Shown: one piece after another, positions 37,392-48,706 of the stretch | Position numbering within the stretch: the stretch's first letter is position 1 | Layout of the letters: every line of letters begins with the position of its first letter | DNA from: Candidatus Sericytochromatia bacterium | GTDB taxonomy: Bacteria > Cyanobacteriota > Sericytochromatia > S15B-MN24 > UBA4093 | Length of the DNA stretch: 64,000 bases | Assembly (NCBI GenBank): GCA_036676495.1 | Contig: JAKFCT010000010.1 | Span: 32,001-96,000 of the forward strand | Direction of reading: 5' to 3' | Translations under genes and position numbers: made by a program | Notes under the pieces: model-generated | Seen by the model: the letters and a program-made list of their open reading frames with translations, nothing else | What the model was told of the DNA's origin: nothing | The model's database searches: none

Positions 37392-37464
37392 TACCCGATA
37401 CGGGATTCGAACCCGTGTTACCGCCGTGAGAGGGCGGCGTCCTAGGCCTCTAGACGAATCGGGC
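37392..37464 (-). tRNA. tRNA-Glu (CTC), CCA not encoded
   Basis: GCCCGATTCGTCTAGAGGCCTAGGACGCCGCCCTCTCACGGCGGTAACACGGGTTCGAATCCCGTATCGGGTA folds as a cloverleaf. Confidence 0.95.
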
Positions 37465-37606
37465 TTGGAACAAGGTTCATCCTAGCATAACGCCTCAAAG
37501 AGTGTCAAAGAGAAATTAAACCCAATTTAAATCGCGCAAGACCAAGGGACTGGGTAGGTATATAGAAGATGGTCTCGAGTAATCCCTTCCCGAAAGGAGC
37601 CGACCC

Positions 37607-40396
37607 ATGGTGCAAGTGGCGGATGCCGGTGGAACGCGGCCCGTAAACCCTACGGCCGCAACCATTTCTGCTGCGGCCAACGCTCCGGCTCCTCAGGCGG
37701 CCGCAACCCCGGAGGCTGCCGCGCAGCCCCGGATGTCCAGTGATACCTTCGAAGGTATCCCCGAGACCCTCAAGATCAAGTCCGGGGACACCCTGGGCAG
37801 CCTGGTCGCCAAGTACCAGGTGACTTACGACCAGCTCAAAGAGCTGAACCCCGAAATCTTCAAAGAAGGCACCGACGCCAAGGGCCGCAAGCGCGCAAGC
37901 GACGGACACTGGATCTATCCCGGCGACGTCATTCGCCTGCGGACGGCCTCCGCCCCCAAGCCCGCAACCCCTCCGGCCACGGCTCCCGCCACGACTCCGA
38001 CGGCCACCGCCACGACCGCCAACGGGAAGGTCGTCGAGGCCGCCAAGTCCGCCATCAACGAGGCAGCGATCATCCCCTCGACGGCTTCCAACGGCCGCGA
38101 GCTCTCCCAGCAGGTCTTGAGCAAGGCCCAGGAGATGCTCAAGCTGATCCCCGCGAGCGATCCGGCCCGGGGCCAGTTCGAAGGCAAGGTCAGCCGACTC
38201 GAGCGGGAATTCAAGGCCATTTACCCGCCTCCCGCCAGCGCGCAGGAGCGCTTCGACACGGCCAACGAGGGCTTCAACCAGGCCGTCCAGAACTACTACG
38301 ACGCGTCCGGCAAGGCCGCCCAGGGCGAGTCCCGCGATCAGGCGATTCGCTACTTCAGCGAAGCCCGGGACGCCGCCCGTGAGCTGACCTCGGACGATGC
38401 CAAGCTGGAAGCCGGCGAGCGGCTCGAAATGATGGAGTTCGCCCTCACGGACATGGGCGTCAACGCCTCGGCGATCGCCCTGGCCCGCGGCGAGGGAACG
38501 GACGCGACTCCGAGCGCCGCCGCCCCCGAGCCGACGTTCGCCGAGCGCGACAAGAACCAGGACGGCTACCTCTCAGGCAACGAGCTCGATGCGAAGGCCC
38601 GCTCCTTCGATGCCGACGGCAACCAGCGCGTCACCCGCGAAGAGTGGGAGATGGGCCAGATGGCCGAGCGCGAAGTCGAGTGGAAGCGCGAGTTCAAGCA
38701 GGCCGACGCCAACCAGGACGGCTGGCTCTCGGGATCCGAGGCGGCTTCCTTCAGCGCCCACGACGCCAACGGAGACTTCGAGGTCACCGAGCAGGAGTAC
38801 CTCAACGCCAAGCGCGCCCAGGTGATGAACGGCGTCTACGATCAGGACTTCGCCGCGCGGGATAAGAACCAGGACTCCTACCTGTCGGGCAACGAGCTCG
38901 ACGCAGCGACCCGCGCCTTCGACACCAACATGGACGGTCGGGTCACCCGCGAGGAGTACATGGCCGCCAAGTCGGGCGCCATGCCGGCGGGAAGCGCTCC
39001 CATGACCGCGACGCCCGTCGGCCAGATGCCGGGGGCGACCGTGCCTGCCGCCGGAATTCCGCAGCCGCAGCCGACGGCTCCCTCCAACCCGCTGGAGGCC
39101 TTCGAGGGCGCGAGCGCTCGCTTCAACGACGCGGCGACCCGCAACGACGTGCTCACCATGACCACGGCCTACCAGGACGCGGCCTACGCCATCGCCTACA
39201 TGCCGACCGGCGCCGAGCGTGACACGCTGGCCGCACAACTGGAGATCATGGGCTTCACGCTCCAGCAGGCCTACGCCGCCACGGGTACCCCCGTCGCCGC
39301 CGGCGGCAGCGTGACCGGCCTGACGGCCCAGCCCCTCACCCCCGGCGTGCAGGTTCCTGTCACTCCTGCCGCCATCCCGGGTCAAGCCGGTTACCCGGCC
39401 ACCGCTTACCAGGCGGCTGGCTACCCGGCAGCGGGCTATCCCGCCGGCGCCTATCCTGCCGGTGCCTACCCCGTCCAGCCCGGCGCGCCCATGGCTCCGG
39501 CGGCGTATCCGCAGGCCGGTTATCCCGTCACGGCGACGGGCGTCCCTCAGGCGGCCGTGGTGCCTCCGGCGGCTCCTGCCGCTCCGGCCGAGCCTCCGCG
39601 CCAGACCTACACCCAGGTCTGGTCCAGCCCCGACTACCTTGCCGAGGCCATGGGCTACAACAAGCCGGCTCCCGCGTCGCCCAACGGCAATCAATCGGCG
39701 CAAGGCACCACTCCTCCGGGAACTGACGCCACCCAGGGCACCCAGACTCCGAACGGAGCCAATGGCCAGCCTCCGGTGAACGAACAGGCGGTCCGGGAGA
39801 TCGATGCCTTCCTCCAGCGCTCGGACGCCAACGCCGTCCGCGACATGCTGGCCAGCCGCCCCGAGTTGCTCTACGACTCGCTGCCGCGCCAGAAGGCCGC
39901 CATGCTTCGCCTGCTGGTCGAGGGACGGACGGATGCGGGCGATCGCTCCGCCATCGTCAACATCCTCGACATGGCCGCCAAGACCGAGCAAGTGGACACC
40001 ATGCTCAACGAGCTCGACGGCCTCTACGGCGGTGCCGGCAAGGGCATCAAGCGCATGTTCGAGGACCTCGACCAGGCCACCAAGGGTGCGGCGCTCAAGG
40101 CGATGTTCACCCCCTCGCTCATGCAGTACCGCAAGTACGATCCCGCGGCCTTCGACGCGGTGGTCGGCGCCATGACCAAGGACGACATCAAGCTCCTGAT
40201 GGAGTCCATGGGCTACGGAGTCTCGTCCCCCTGGATGAGCGTCTTCTCGCCCCAGGCCCGCCAGATGATGATGGACAAGCTGGGCAGCGGCTTCAACCTC
40301 TTCGGGCTCTTCGGAGGCACCGAGAAGCAGATGATCGCGGCCTTGCAGCAATCCGCCGTCGCCTACACCCCGCAGGTCCAGCCCCCGGCCAAGTAA
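37607..40396 (+). CDS. Large LysM + multi-EF-hand protein with Pro/Ala/Tyr-rich repeats
   Basis: IKSGDTLG..L.ELNP..IYPGD.IRL (LysM); six DxNxDG-type loops; AGYP repeats. Confidence 0.85.
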   Translation: MVQVADAGGTRPVNPTAATISAAANAPAPQAAATPEAAAQPRMSSDTFEGIPETLKIKSGDTLGSLVAKYQVTYDQLKELNPEIFKEGTDAKGRKRASDGHWIYPGDVIRLRTASAPKPATPPATAPATTPTATATTANGKVVEAAKSAINEAAIIPSTASNGRELSQQVLSKAQEMLKLIPASDPARGQFEGKVSRLEREFKAIYPPPASAQERFDTANEGFNQAVQNYYDASGKAAQGESRDQAIRYFSEARDAARELTSDDAKLEAGERLEMMEFALTDMGVNASAIALARGEGTDATPSAAAPEPTFAERDKNQDGYLSGNELDAKARSFDADGNQRVTREEWEMGQMAEREVEWKREFKQADANQDGWLSGSEAASFSAHDANGDFEVTEQEYLNAKRAQVMNGVYDQDFAARDKNQDSYLSGNELDAATRAFDTNMDGRVTREEYMAAKSGAMPAGSAPMTATPVGQMPGATVPAAGIPQPQPTAPSNPLEAFEGASARFNDAATRNDVLTMTTAYQDAAYAIAYMPTGAERDTLAAQLEIMGFTLQQAYAATGTPVAAGGSVTGLTAQPLTPGVQVPVTPAAIPGQAGYPATAYQAAGYPAAGYPAGAYPAGAYPVQPGAPMAPAAYPQAGYPVTATGVPQAAVVPPAAPAAPAEPPRQTYTQVWSSPDYLAEAMGYNKPAPASPNGNQSAQGTTPPGTDATQGTQTPNGANGQPPVNEQAVREIDAFLQRSDANAVRDMLASRPELLYDSLPRQKAAMLRLLVEGRTDAGDRSAIVNILDMAAKTEQVDTMLNELDGLYGGAGKGIKRMFEDLDQATKGAALKAMFTPSLMQYRKYDPAAFDAVVGAMTKDDIKLLMESMGYGVSSPWMSVFSPQARQMMMDKLGSGFNLFGLFGGTEKQMIAALQQSAVAYTPQVQPPAK

Positions 40397-40487
40397 GGGG
40401 TTGTAACAGTCACCGGCCCACCCTCTTGGGTGGGCCGCTTGCTTTCGGGTATAGGGGATAGAGAGCCTGATTCGAGGAGGCACGACC

Positions 40488-41147
40488 ATGGCGTTTCTTG
40501 CCGCTTGGACCCTGACGGCCGCGCTTGCAAGCAAGCCCAACCTGGTTTACTCGCTGCCGGCTCCCGTCGTGCGCACCTATCCGGTCTCCGGGCAAAGCCT
40601 GGAGGAGCTGCTGGAGGCATGCCGCACGCTGGGCCCCAGCGACACCGAAGGCCGGAAGTTCCCGGGATTGACCCGCTACGCGTACCGGACGCAGTACCGC
40701 TACGACTACAAGGTCGAGGACGGGCTCGCCATCATTCGCTTGACCGAGCTCGCGGTCGACTGGAGCCACGAGATCACCCTGCCGACCCTGGCCCCGGGCG
40801 TCCGCCTCCCGGCCCGCGAGGCCTCCCGCTGGAAACAATTCCTCGAGCAGCTCCAGGCGCACGAGGAGGGCCACCTGGGGATCACCGCCGATCCGCGGCT
40901 GAAGGATCACTTCGAGGCGATCGCCCACCGCCACCGGGTCCTCTACAAGCCCGTCGGTCCCTCCGGAGCCGTCACCGCCGAAGGCCTCCAGGAGGTGATC
41001 GACCAGGCGATACAACCCGCCATCCAGCGCATCTCCGCGCAGATCGCGCGACGGAACCGCGAGTTCGACTTCACGACCGAGCACGGGCTCCGGCCGGACG
41101 CCCTCGATCGGACCCGCTTCTTCGCCGAGCTCTGGGACGGGCTCTAG
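40488..41147 (+). CDS. DUF922-like exported Zn-dependent protease
   Basis: YPVSG, ITLP, AHEEGH, FD..TEHG. Confidence 0.75.
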   Translation: MAFLAAWTLTAALASKPNLVYSLPAPVVRTYPVSGQSLEELLEACRTLGPSDTEGRKFPGLTRYAYRTQYRYDYKVEDGLAIIRLTELAVDWSHEITLPTLAPGVRLPAREASRWKQFLEQLQAHEEGHLGITADPRLKDHFEAIAHRHRVLYKPVGPSGAVTAEGLQEVIDQAIQPAIQRISAQIARRNREFDFTTEHGLRPDALDRTRFFAELWDGL

Positions 41148-43204
41148 CCTTCGAGCGCTTCCGTGAGGGCCAGGGGATCGGTGACCGGCCGCTGGCAGGC
41201 GAATCGCTCGCAGACGTATGCGGCGGGCCGGCCCTCGAGTGGGGTTCGCCCCTCCAGCAAGGGAAGGCTCGCGCCATCTCCTGCCGTGTGGGCGATCGCC
41301 ACTCCGGGCAGGTAGCGAAGCATCACCACCTTCAAGAGCGCCTGGGTCTCGGGAGCCTCGCGCGGGCCTGCCACCACGACCTCGCGGCTGCCGACGAGAA
41401 AATCGTCCACGATCGCCAGCATGGCCGGATAGGCCGACGGGAACTTGCCGAGCGCCGACGAGAAAGCCTTGAGCGTTCCCTCGGCTTTCTCCCGGAAGTT
41501 CGATTCCCAGGTCAGGCTCGCCAGGCGCAAGAGGGCGTCGGCCGCCGCCGAGTTCCCGGAGGGAAGGGCATTGTCCATGGAGTCCTTGGTGCGCGCCTTC
41601 AGGAGCGGATCCTGATCGACTCCGGTGAAGTAGAAGCCCTCGTCCTCATGGTCCCAGAAGCGGGCGATCGCCTCCGCCATGAGGCCGCGCGCCTCCTTCA
41701 CCCAGTAGGGATCGAACGTGACCTCGTAGAGATCGAGCAAGCCGCCGGCCAGGAAGGCGTAATCGTCGAGGAATCCCTCGATCGCAGCCTCGCCGTCCCG
41801 CCAGCGCCGCAGGAGGCCTCCCGGGGTCTTCATGCGATCGAGCACGAAGCGGGCGGCGCGCTCCGCGCCTTCCCGGTAGCGCGGCTCCGAGAGGGCGCGC
41901 GCGGCATAGGCCATGGCACCGATCATCAGGCCGTTCCAGGACGTGAGGATCTTGTCGTCGAGGCCCGGACGAACCCGACGCTCGCGCGCCTCGAAGAGGC
42001 GCCGGCGCACGCGTTCCAGGCGCTCACCCACGTCGCGAAGGCTCATGTTGAACTCCGAGGCCAGGACCTCGGGAGTCGCCCCGACGTGCAGAACGGTCTC
42101 GCCGGAATGCTCGAAGTTGCCTTCCGGCGTCACGCCGTAGGCGCGCCTCGCAAAGGCGGCGTCGTCGCCCAGGACCTCGGAGAGTTGCTCGGGCGTCCAG
42201 ACGTAGAAGGCGCCCTCCCGTCCCTCGGAATCGGCGTCTTCCGCCGAGAAGAACCCGCCTTCCGCATGGGTCATGTCGCGAAGCACGTAATCGAGCGTCT
42301 CGCGGGCTATCCGGGCGTGCTCGGGGTTTCCCGTCACCTGGTAGGCTTCGACGTACGCGCGGGCGAGGAGCGCGTTGTCGTAGAGCATCTTCTCGAAGTG
42401 AGGCACCTGCCAGAAGGCGTCCACCGAGTAGCGGGAGAAGCCGCCGCCCAGCTGGTCGTAGATTCCTCCACGCGCCATGGCCGTGAGGGTTTTCTCAACC
42501 ATGACGAGCGATTGGCGATCGCCCCGGCGGACGGCCTGCCGCAGCAGGAGCGAGAAGATCATCGGGCGGGGAAACTTGGGAGCTTGACTGAAGCCGCCGT
42601 GGCGGGGATCGAACTGCTGCTTGAAGCTCGCCACCGCTTGCTCCACCAGGTGCACTCCCAGCGTTCCGGGACCGTGGCTGGCCTGATCCTGCTGGATGGC
42701 AGCCAGGATCTCGGAGCCCGAACGCTCGATCTCGTCGCGCTTGGTCTTCCAGACATTGTCGATGAGGCGGATCAAGCGCTTGAAGCTGGGGCGCCCATGG
42801 GCGTCCACGGGCGGGAAGTAGGTTCCAGCGAAGAAAGGCTTTCCTTCGGGGGTCATGAAGACCGTCATGGGCCAGCCTCCCTGGCCGGTCATCGCCTGAA
42901 CGGCGGTCATGTAAAGGCTGTCGACGTCCGGGCGCTCCTCGCGGTCCACCTTGATGCTGACGGCGGTCTCGGCCAGCAGATCGGCGACTTCCTGGCTCTC
43001 GAAGGACTCATGCGCCATGACGTGGCACCAGTGGCACGTGGAGTAGCCCACGCTCAGGAAGATGGGTTTGTCCTCGCGCTTGGCCTTGTCGAAGGCCTCA
43101 TCCCCCCACGGGTACCAGTCGACGGGATTGGTGGCATGCTGCTGCAAGTACGGTGATTTCGCGTGAATCAAGCGATTGGGATGGCGCCCCGCGTCGTTCG
43201 TCAT
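41144..43204 (-). CDS. YyaL/SPATA20-like thioredoxin-domain protein
   Basis: [36 protein letters not shown]. Confidence 0.93.
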   Translation of the reverse strand: MTNDAGRHPNRLIHAKSPYLQQHATNPVDWYPWGDEAFDKAKREDKPIFLSVGYSTCHWCHVMAHESFESQEVADLLAETAVSIKVDREERPDVDSLYMTAVQAMTGQGGWPMTVFMTPEGKPFFAGTYFPPVDAHGRPSFKRLIRLIDNVWKTKRDEIERSGSEILAAIQQDQASHGPGTLGVHLVEQAVASFKQQFDPRHGGFSQAPKFPRPMIFSLLLRQAVRRGDRQSLVMVEKTLTAMARGGIYDQLGGGFSRYSVDAFWQVPHFEKMLYDNALLARAYVEAYQVTGNPEHARIARETLDYVLRDMTHAEGGFFSAEDADSEGREGAFYVWTPEQLSEVLGDDAAFARRAYGVTPEGNFEHSGETVLHVGATPEVLASEFNMSLRDVGERLERVRRRLFEARERRVRPGLDDKILTSWNGLMIGAMAYAARALSEPRYREGAERAARFVLDRMKTPGGLLRRWRDGEAAIEGFLDDYAFLAGGLLDLYEVTFDPYWVKEARGLMAEAIARFWDHEDEGFYFTGVDQDPLLKARTKDSMDNALPSGNSAAADALLRLASLTWESNFREKAEGTLKAFSSALGKFPSAYPAMLAIVDDFLVGSREVVVAGPREAPETQALLKVVMLRYLPGVAIAHTAGDGASLPLLEGRTPLEGRPAAYVCERFACQRPVTDPLALTEALEG

Positions 43205-43346
43205 GAGCCCTCCTCCCCCGGACGAGCCCTCGCCCGAGCAATCCCTCGATCGTAGCCTCCCGGGCAGGTGCGGTCAACCAGAGGCATGATCGGCCAACGG
43301 CCGGGATCCTGGGAGAGGATCCCGGCCGTTGGCCGATGATTTACCG

Positions 43347-44258
43347 TCAGGCGCAGGTGATGACGACGTTCCCCTTCTTGCGGCCTTGCTCGACGTACGC
43401 ATGCGCCTCGGGGATCTGCTCCAGCGAATAGCGCCGGTCGATCACCGATTTGATCGCGCCCTGTTCCAACAGCTCGCCGAGGAAGATCAGGTCTTCGAGA
43501 CGCTCCTTGGCAATCCCCTGCCCGTCGAGGGTCACGTAGGCTCCGTTCGGTGCAAGGGCTTTCAGGCAGCGGGATTTCTCGCACTTTCCGACCGCATCCA
43601 TGACGAGGTCGTACTTCTGGGGCTGGGTCGAGAAGTCCTCCTGCGTGTAATCGATGACCGCATCGGCTCCCAGCGATCGCACCAGGTCCAGGTTGGCGGT
43701 ACTGCAGACTCCGGTGACATGGGCCCCGAAGTGCTTGGCGAGTTGGACCGCGAAGGTTCCCACCGACCCGGACGCGCCGTAGACGAGGACCTTTTGGCCC
43801 TTGCTGATCTTGCCCTTCCTCAGGAAGTACAGCGCGGAGTTGGCCCCCACCGGCAGGGCGGCGGCTTGCTCGTAGCTCACCGTGGGCGGCTTGTGCACCA
43901 CCATCCCGTTCTCCGGCAGGCAGGCGTACTCGGCATGCGCGCCGAAACGCAATCCCGTCAACGCGAAGACCTGATCCCCGGGCTTGAACCGGGTGACCTT
44001 CGCCCCGACGGCATCGACTTCCCCGGCGAGCTCGATCCCCAGGATCGGCTTTCTCGGTCGGCGAAGGCCCAGAACGAGACGCATGGGCAGCCACAGCAAG
44101 AGGGGACTGTCGAAGCCGCGCACTCTCAGGTCCCCGGCCGCCACGGTCGTCGCATGAACCTTCACCCGGATTTCATGGTCCTTGGGAGTCGGCTTCTCGA
44201 CTTCCTGGAGGCGAAGCACCTCGGGGGGGCCGTAGTTCGTACAAACGATCGCTTTCAT
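43347..44258 (-). CDS. NAD(P)-dependent alcohol dehydrogenase / quinone oxidoreductase (MDR family)
   Basis: [31 protein letters not shown]. Confidence 0.9.
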   Translation of the reverse strand: MKAIVCTNYGPPEVLRLQEVEKPTPKDHEIRVKVHATTVAAGDLRVRGFDSPLLLWLPMRLVLGLRRPRKPILGIELAGEVDAVGAKVTRFKPGDQVFALTGLRFGAHAEYACLPENGMVVHKPPTVSYEQAAALPVGANSALYFLRKGKISKGQKVLVYGASGSVGTFAVQLAKHFGAHVTGVCSTANLDLVRSLGADAVIDYTQEDFSTQPQKYDLVMDAVGKCEKSRCLKALAPNGAYVTLDGQGIAKERLEDLIFLGELLEQGAIKSVIDRRYSLEQIPEAHAYVEQGRKKGNVVITCA

Positions 44259-44536
44259 CAGGAATCCTCCGTGTCTGCCGTCGAGGCTGAGCGGGTACTT
44301 TCGGCGCAAGTGACCGAGCGCAAGGGCAGGGCGAGATCGCGCACTTTTCTCAGCACGCCATGCAAGGCGGCCTGATCCGGCAAAGGGCCGGTCAAACGCG
44401 TGTCGCCATCGGCTTCCAGCGTGATGGTAAGGCCGTCGAACCAGTCCGTCCATTGACGGCCCAGGTGGCCCTTGATCCGGATTTCCCAGATCGTCCCCTC
44501 GCCTGAACCTGTGTTGGGTTGTCCGTCCTCTGCCAT
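44258..44536 (-). CDS. Small conserved hypothetical protein (MalT-like regulator-associated)
   Basis: EIRIKGHL...W.DWFDG...[15 protein letters not shown]. Confidence 0.75.
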   Translation of the reverse strand: MAEDGQPNTGSGEGTIWEIRIKGHLGRQWTDWFDGLTITLEADGDTRLTGPLPDQAALHGVLRKVRDLALPLRSVTCAESTRSASTADTEDS

Positions 44537-44642
44537 GGTGCGGCCCTCTTCTTGGTCCGTCCGACCAAGTGCTCTCGTTACGAGCAGTATAGAGGCGCCC
44601 CCTGGGGCTCGTAAGACACTTTGGTGTGGAGTTGCGCGCGCC

Positions 44643-46751
44643 TTACAAGAGCTTGAGCTCGCGGGCGCGGGCGACCGCTTCCGTGCGCCGCTGGACCTGT
44701 AGTTTGTCGAAGAGGGTGCGGTTGTAGCCTTTGACCGTGTCGAGGGCGAGGAAGAGCTGCTCGCCGATCTCCCGGTTCGAGTGCCCCCGGGCGATGAGGC
44801 GCAGGATTTCCAGTTCGCGCGCGCTGAGCGGCTCGAGAAGCGCCGCCGCTTCCCGCGCCCGGATCACCTGGGCGAGGACCTCCTCGCACGCCGAGAACCG
44901 GTCGGTGCTCTCCAGGTGCCGTGCCAGCTGGGCTCCCTGCCGGGCGTGACGCTCCGCGGCATCCAGGTCGTTCCAAGCGACGCTGATCCGGGCCAGGCCG
45001 AGGTGCGCTTCACAGACGACCGGCAGCGGCGACTCTCCCGCCAGGTCCAAGACGCGCCGGTAGGTCTGAGCCGCCTGTTCGAGCTTGTTCTCCGCCTCGT
45101 CGAGGCGGCCGAGCCCAGTCGATGCCCCGAGCGTAATCACGATGTGGCCGATCGCCTGGCTGTTCGAGAGGGCTTCGCTATAGGCCCGGCGCGCCTCGGC
45201 GCGCTCCCCCTGGAGCTCATAGGCATGACCGAGCGTCCAGGCCGTGGCCGTGCGGACCGGCAAGTTGCCGGGATGCAGGTACTCCAGCGCCCGCTGGGAT
45301 TGGTGGAGGATGGTCTCTGCCTCATGCCGGGTGATGGCCAGCGTGGCCCGGATGGAGGCGATATGGCCGATCAGATCCCGGATCCGCTCGTCCAGCAGAG
45401 CGCCTTCCAGCGCGGCTTCGGCGGCTTGCAGCTTCGGCTCGACGCCGGGCATTTGCCCGACGAAGAGCAGGGCCGACGCGTACATGACCCACAATGAGGG
45501 GCTAGCATTCAGATCCGCCGCCGGCAGCGACGCCAGCCAGCTCAAGACCGGAGCCACCGCGCCGCGGAAGTGCAGCGGCATCCCCTCTCCTTCCACCAGA
45601 CGCGTGGCGCGCGGCAGGTCATGCGCGGCGGCCGCGTGCCGGAACGCGTCGAGCTCCATCCCGTTCTCCTCGAACCAGACGCTGGCCCGCCGATGGTACG
45701 CGGCCACGCTCCCCTCCTCGCCGCTTTTGGGGGCGCTCTGGAGCAGCCGCTGCCGCAGCAACTCTGCGAAGAGGTGATGATACCGGTACCAGCGCCGCTC
45801 GTCGTCCAGGGGGACGATGAAGAGATTGGCGTGTTCGAGGACGTTCAAGGTCTCCTGGCCGCCGTCCCGGCCCAGGACCGCCTCGCAAAGGGGAGCGCAG
45901 ATGCGATCGAGGATCGAGGTCGCGAGCAAGAAGGCCTGGAGATGTTCGGGCTGGCGCTGAAGGACTTCCTCCACCAGGTAGTCCAGGACGAAGCGATGGC
46001 TGCCGGTGAAGGACGCGATGAAGCCGGCGGGATCCTGATGCCCCCGCATGGAAATCGCCGCCAGTTGCAAGCCGGCAATCCAGCCCTCGGTGCGGGTTTC
46101 AAGGAGCGCGACGGCTTCCGGCGACAGGTCGAGGCCCATGGCCTGGTTGAGGAAGGCGGCTGCTTCGGCCTGGGTGAAGCGCAGGTCCTCGGCGCGAAGC
46201 TCGGCCAGCTGATCCCGGACCCTCATGCGTGCGAGAGGCAGTTGCGGATCCTCGCGGGTGGCGATGACCAGGTGCAGCTGAGGAGGCAGGTGTTCGAGCA
46301 GAAAGGTCAGGACCTGATCGACCGGCTGCGCGTCAATCACGTGGTAATCGTCAAGGACGAGCAAGCCCTCGATCGGGAGGGTGGTCATCTCGTTGATCAA
46401 GGCCGTCAGCACCCCCTCGAGGGAGGGCGGCAAGGGGGATTGGAGCTGACCCATCACGCCGCTGCCGAATCCCTCCACGAGCGTTTGCATGGCCGCGACG
46501 AGGTAAGTCAGGAAGCGGATGGGGTCGTTATCCCCTTCGTCCAGCGAGAGCCATGCGGCCGGCCTCCCGCAGGCGGCCAGCCATTCGCTGACCAGGGTGG
46601 ATTTGCCGAAGCCCGCGGAGGCGGAGAGGAGCGTCAGTTTACGGTGCAGGCCCGCGTTGAGGCCCGCGTTGAGGCGCGCGACGAGGTGGGGACGAGGGAC
46701 CGCCTGGGGGCGGGGCGCCGGGACATGCAGCTTGGTGGCTAAAACCGGCAT
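44643..46751 (-). CDS. MalT-like ATP-dependent LuxR-family transcriptional regulator
   Basis: LATKLHVP, AGFGKST, LDDYH, TEGWIAGL, C-terminal LSARELEIL HTH. Confidence 0.92.
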   Translation of the reverse strand: MPVLATKLHVPAPRPQAVPRPHLVARLNAGLNAGLHRKLTLLSASAGFGKSTLVSEWLAACGRPAAWLSLDEGDNDPIRFLTYLVAAMQTLVEGFGSGVMGQLQSPLPPSLEGVLTALINEMTTLPIEGLLVLDDYHVIDAQPVDQVLTFLLEHLPPQLHLVIATREDPQLPLARMRVRDQLAELRAEDLRFTQAEAAAFLNQAMGLDLSPEAVALLETRTEGWIAGLQLAAISMRGHQDPAGFIASFTGSHRFVLDYLVEEVLQRQPEHLQAFLLATSILDRICAPLCEAVLGRDGGQETLNVLEHANLFIVPLDDERRWYRYHHLFAELLRQRLLQSAPKSGEEGSVAAYHRRASVWFEENGMELDAFRHAAAAHDLPRATRLVEGEGMPLHFRGAVAPVLSWLASLPAADLNASPSLWVMYASALLFVGQMPGVEPKLQAAEAALEGALLDERIRDLIGHIASIRATLAITRHEAETILHQSQRALEYLHPGNLPVRTATAWTLGHAYELQGERAEARRAYSEALSNSQAIGHIVITLGASTGLGRLDEAENKLEQAAQTYRRVLDLAGESPLPVVCEAHLGLARISVAWNDLDAAERHARQGAQLARHLESTDRFSACEEVLAQVIRAREAAALLEPLSARELEILRLIARGHSNREIGEQLFLALDTVKGYNRTLFDKLQVQRRTEAVARARELKLL

Positions 46752-46806
46752 CGCCGTCCTTTCCTCCGTGGTCGTTCGTCGTGCGTCACCGGTCGGGGTG
46801 CGCGGT

Positions 46807-47661
46807 TCAACGACGGAGCCAAGCGAGCAACTGGGCCTCGAAGGCCGCGGCCTGCTCCTGCATGGGGTTGTGCCCGCTCTGCTCGAAGACGACCTTGGTG
46901 ACATGGGGGCAGCGCTCGTCGACCGCATCCCACAGGGAGACGGGCCCCACCAGGTAGTCATGACGCCCGAGTCCCAAGAAGACCGGCTTATCCAGGTGCG
47001 GGAGGCGGTCCAGCAGATTGAGCTGCCCGAAGGCCTCACCCCAGAGACGGTCGATGATCGGCATGGTCATGCGCACTCCCTCCCAGAGGGGCGCGCCGTC
47101 CGTCATGAAGTCATGGAAGGCGAGGGCTCCCATCCGGGTGACCACGTGCGCAAAGCGCCGATGCGGCTCCCGCTCGAAATCTCCGGGAAGCAAGGCCATC
47201 TCCGCCTCGAAGTGGCGCTTGCGCTCGGCGCTCGCATTCGCGTCGAAGAAGGCGAAACTCTGCTGCTGGCGCTCCGGGGAGTTGGTCGGAGCCGTGTTGA
47301 GCAAGATTAGGCCCCGCACATGCTCCGGATACCTCAAGGCGTACTCGACGGCCATGAAGGCGTGCCCCGAATGGCCCAAGACGAGGACGTCGTCGAGCCC
47401 CAGGGCTTGCCGCATGACCTCGACGTCCTCGATGACCCGCTCCAGCAGGGCAGGGCCTTCGGGGAGGTCGGGATCGGGGGAGGGCGATTCGGAGAAGCCG
47501 CGGTGATCGAGGTAGACCCAGCGCACGGCCCTGGAGAGATCGGGGGCGAAGAGCCGGGGGTAGTAGCGGGCACTTCCGATGACGAGGATCGTCGGACCCT
47601 CGCCCTCGATGCGATAGGCCAGCGGAAATCCGTCGATGGTGATGACCCCGTGATCCGGCAT
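46807..47661 (-). CDS. Alpha/beta hydrolase (proline iminopeptidase-like)
   Basis: DHRG, GHSGHA, GRHD, SGHNP. Confidence 0.8.
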   Translation of the reverse strand: MPDHGVITIDGFPLAYRIEGEGPTILVIGSARYYPRLFAPDLSRAVRWVYLDHRGFSESPSPDPDLPEGPALLERVIEDVEVMRQALGLDDVLVLGHSGHAFMAVEYALRYPEHVRGLILLNTAPTNSPERQQQSFAFFDANASAERKRHFEAEMALLPGDFEREPHRRFAHVVTRMGALAFHDFMTDGAPLWEGVRMTMPIIDRLWGEAFGQLNLLDRLPHLDKPVFLGLGRHDYLVGPVSLWDAVDERCPHVTKVVFEQSGHNPMQEQAAAFEAQLLAWLRR

Positions 47662-47866
47662 CGCCCCTCCTGAGTGATGGCTGCGCCCCATTCGACCGAA
47701 GGCCCCGTGCCTCCGGAGGGAAATGCGCGCCATTCCGGATCGTAGCCCCCGGCGGGGATCCCGGTCAACCACCCGCCGGGTTTGACAGGTGGAAACCCGT
47801 CTGGTTTGATGCTACAGCCCCAATGCCATTGAATACGCCCCCCGCAGCCTTCGAAGGTGAGGAAAG

Positions 47867-48706
47867 ATGAACCGTCGCGACCTCGAAACCGGCATGGAGC
47901 TCGACCTGCGCGAGCGGATGAGCTACGGAGGCTACCTCTGCCTCGACCAGTTGCTCTCGGCCCAGCGCCCGTTGAGCGAGCACCACGACGAGATGCTCTT
48001 CATCATCCAACATCAGACCTCGGAGCTGTGGATGAAGCTGATCCTGCATGAGTTGAAGGGGGCGATCGCCTCCATCCAGGCCGACCAGCTCGATCCGTGC
48101 TTCAAGATCCTCACCCGGGTCAAGAACATCCAGGCCCAGCTCTTCGACCAGTGGGCGGTGCTCGCGACGCTCACCCCCAGCGAGTATGCGCAGTTCCGCG
48201 GGGCGCTCGGGCCCGCCTCGGGCTTCCAGTCGGCCCAGTACCGCGCCATCGAGTTCATGCTCGGCAACAAGAACGCCGCCACCCTCGAGGTCTTCAAGCA
48301 CGACCCCGAGGTGATGGCCGAGCTGCAGGCCGTCCTCGAGGCCCCCAGCCTCTACGACGAGTTCCTGCTCCACCTGCACCGCCGCGGCTTCGCGGTTCCC
48401 GAGGCATGCCTCTCCCGGGACTGGTCCCAGCCCTACGAGCGCCATGAAGGCTTGATTCCGGTCTTCAAGCAAATCTACGAATCCCCGGACGGGCACTGGG
48501 ACGCCTACGAGATGTGCGAGAAGCTGGTCGACATCGAGGATCAGTTCCAGCTCTGGCGCTTCCGGCACATGCGGACCGTCCAGCGCACCATCGGGTTCAA
48601 GCGCGGGACCGGCGGCTCCTCGGGAGTGGCCTTCCTGAAGCGGGCCCTCGAGCTCACGTTCTTCCCCGAGCTCTTCGACGTCCGCACGGAGATCGGCCAG
48701 CCGTGA
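47867..48706 (+). CDS. kynA: Tryptophan 2,3-dioxygenase
   Basis: [32 protein letters not shown]. Confidence 0.96.
   Translation: MNRRDLETGMELDLRERMSYGGYLCLDQLLSAQRPLSEHHDEMLFIIQHQTSELWMKLILHELKGAIASIQADQLDPCFKILTRVKNIQAQLFDQWAVLATLTPSEYAQFRGALGPASGFQSAQYRAIEFMLGNKNAATLEVFKHDPEVMAELQAVLEAPSLYDEFLLHLHRRGFAVPEACLSRDWSQPYERHEGLIPVFKQIYESPDGHWDAYEMCEKLVDIEDQFQLWRFRHMRTVQRTIGFKRGTGGSSGVAFLKRALELTFFPELFDVRTEIGQP

Larger units (their letters stand above)
30877..37406. mobile_element. Integrase-less tandem genomic islets at the tRNA-Glu 3' end
   Basis: Visibly AT-richer sequence, bounded and subdivided by att-like direct repeats. Confidence 0.75.

Noticed and set aside
30877-37406. CRISPR or integron attC interpretation of the repeats
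   Set aside because: Spacing is kilobases, the repeats contain tRNA sequence, and there is no cas gene, intI or RYYYAAC/GTTRRRY box
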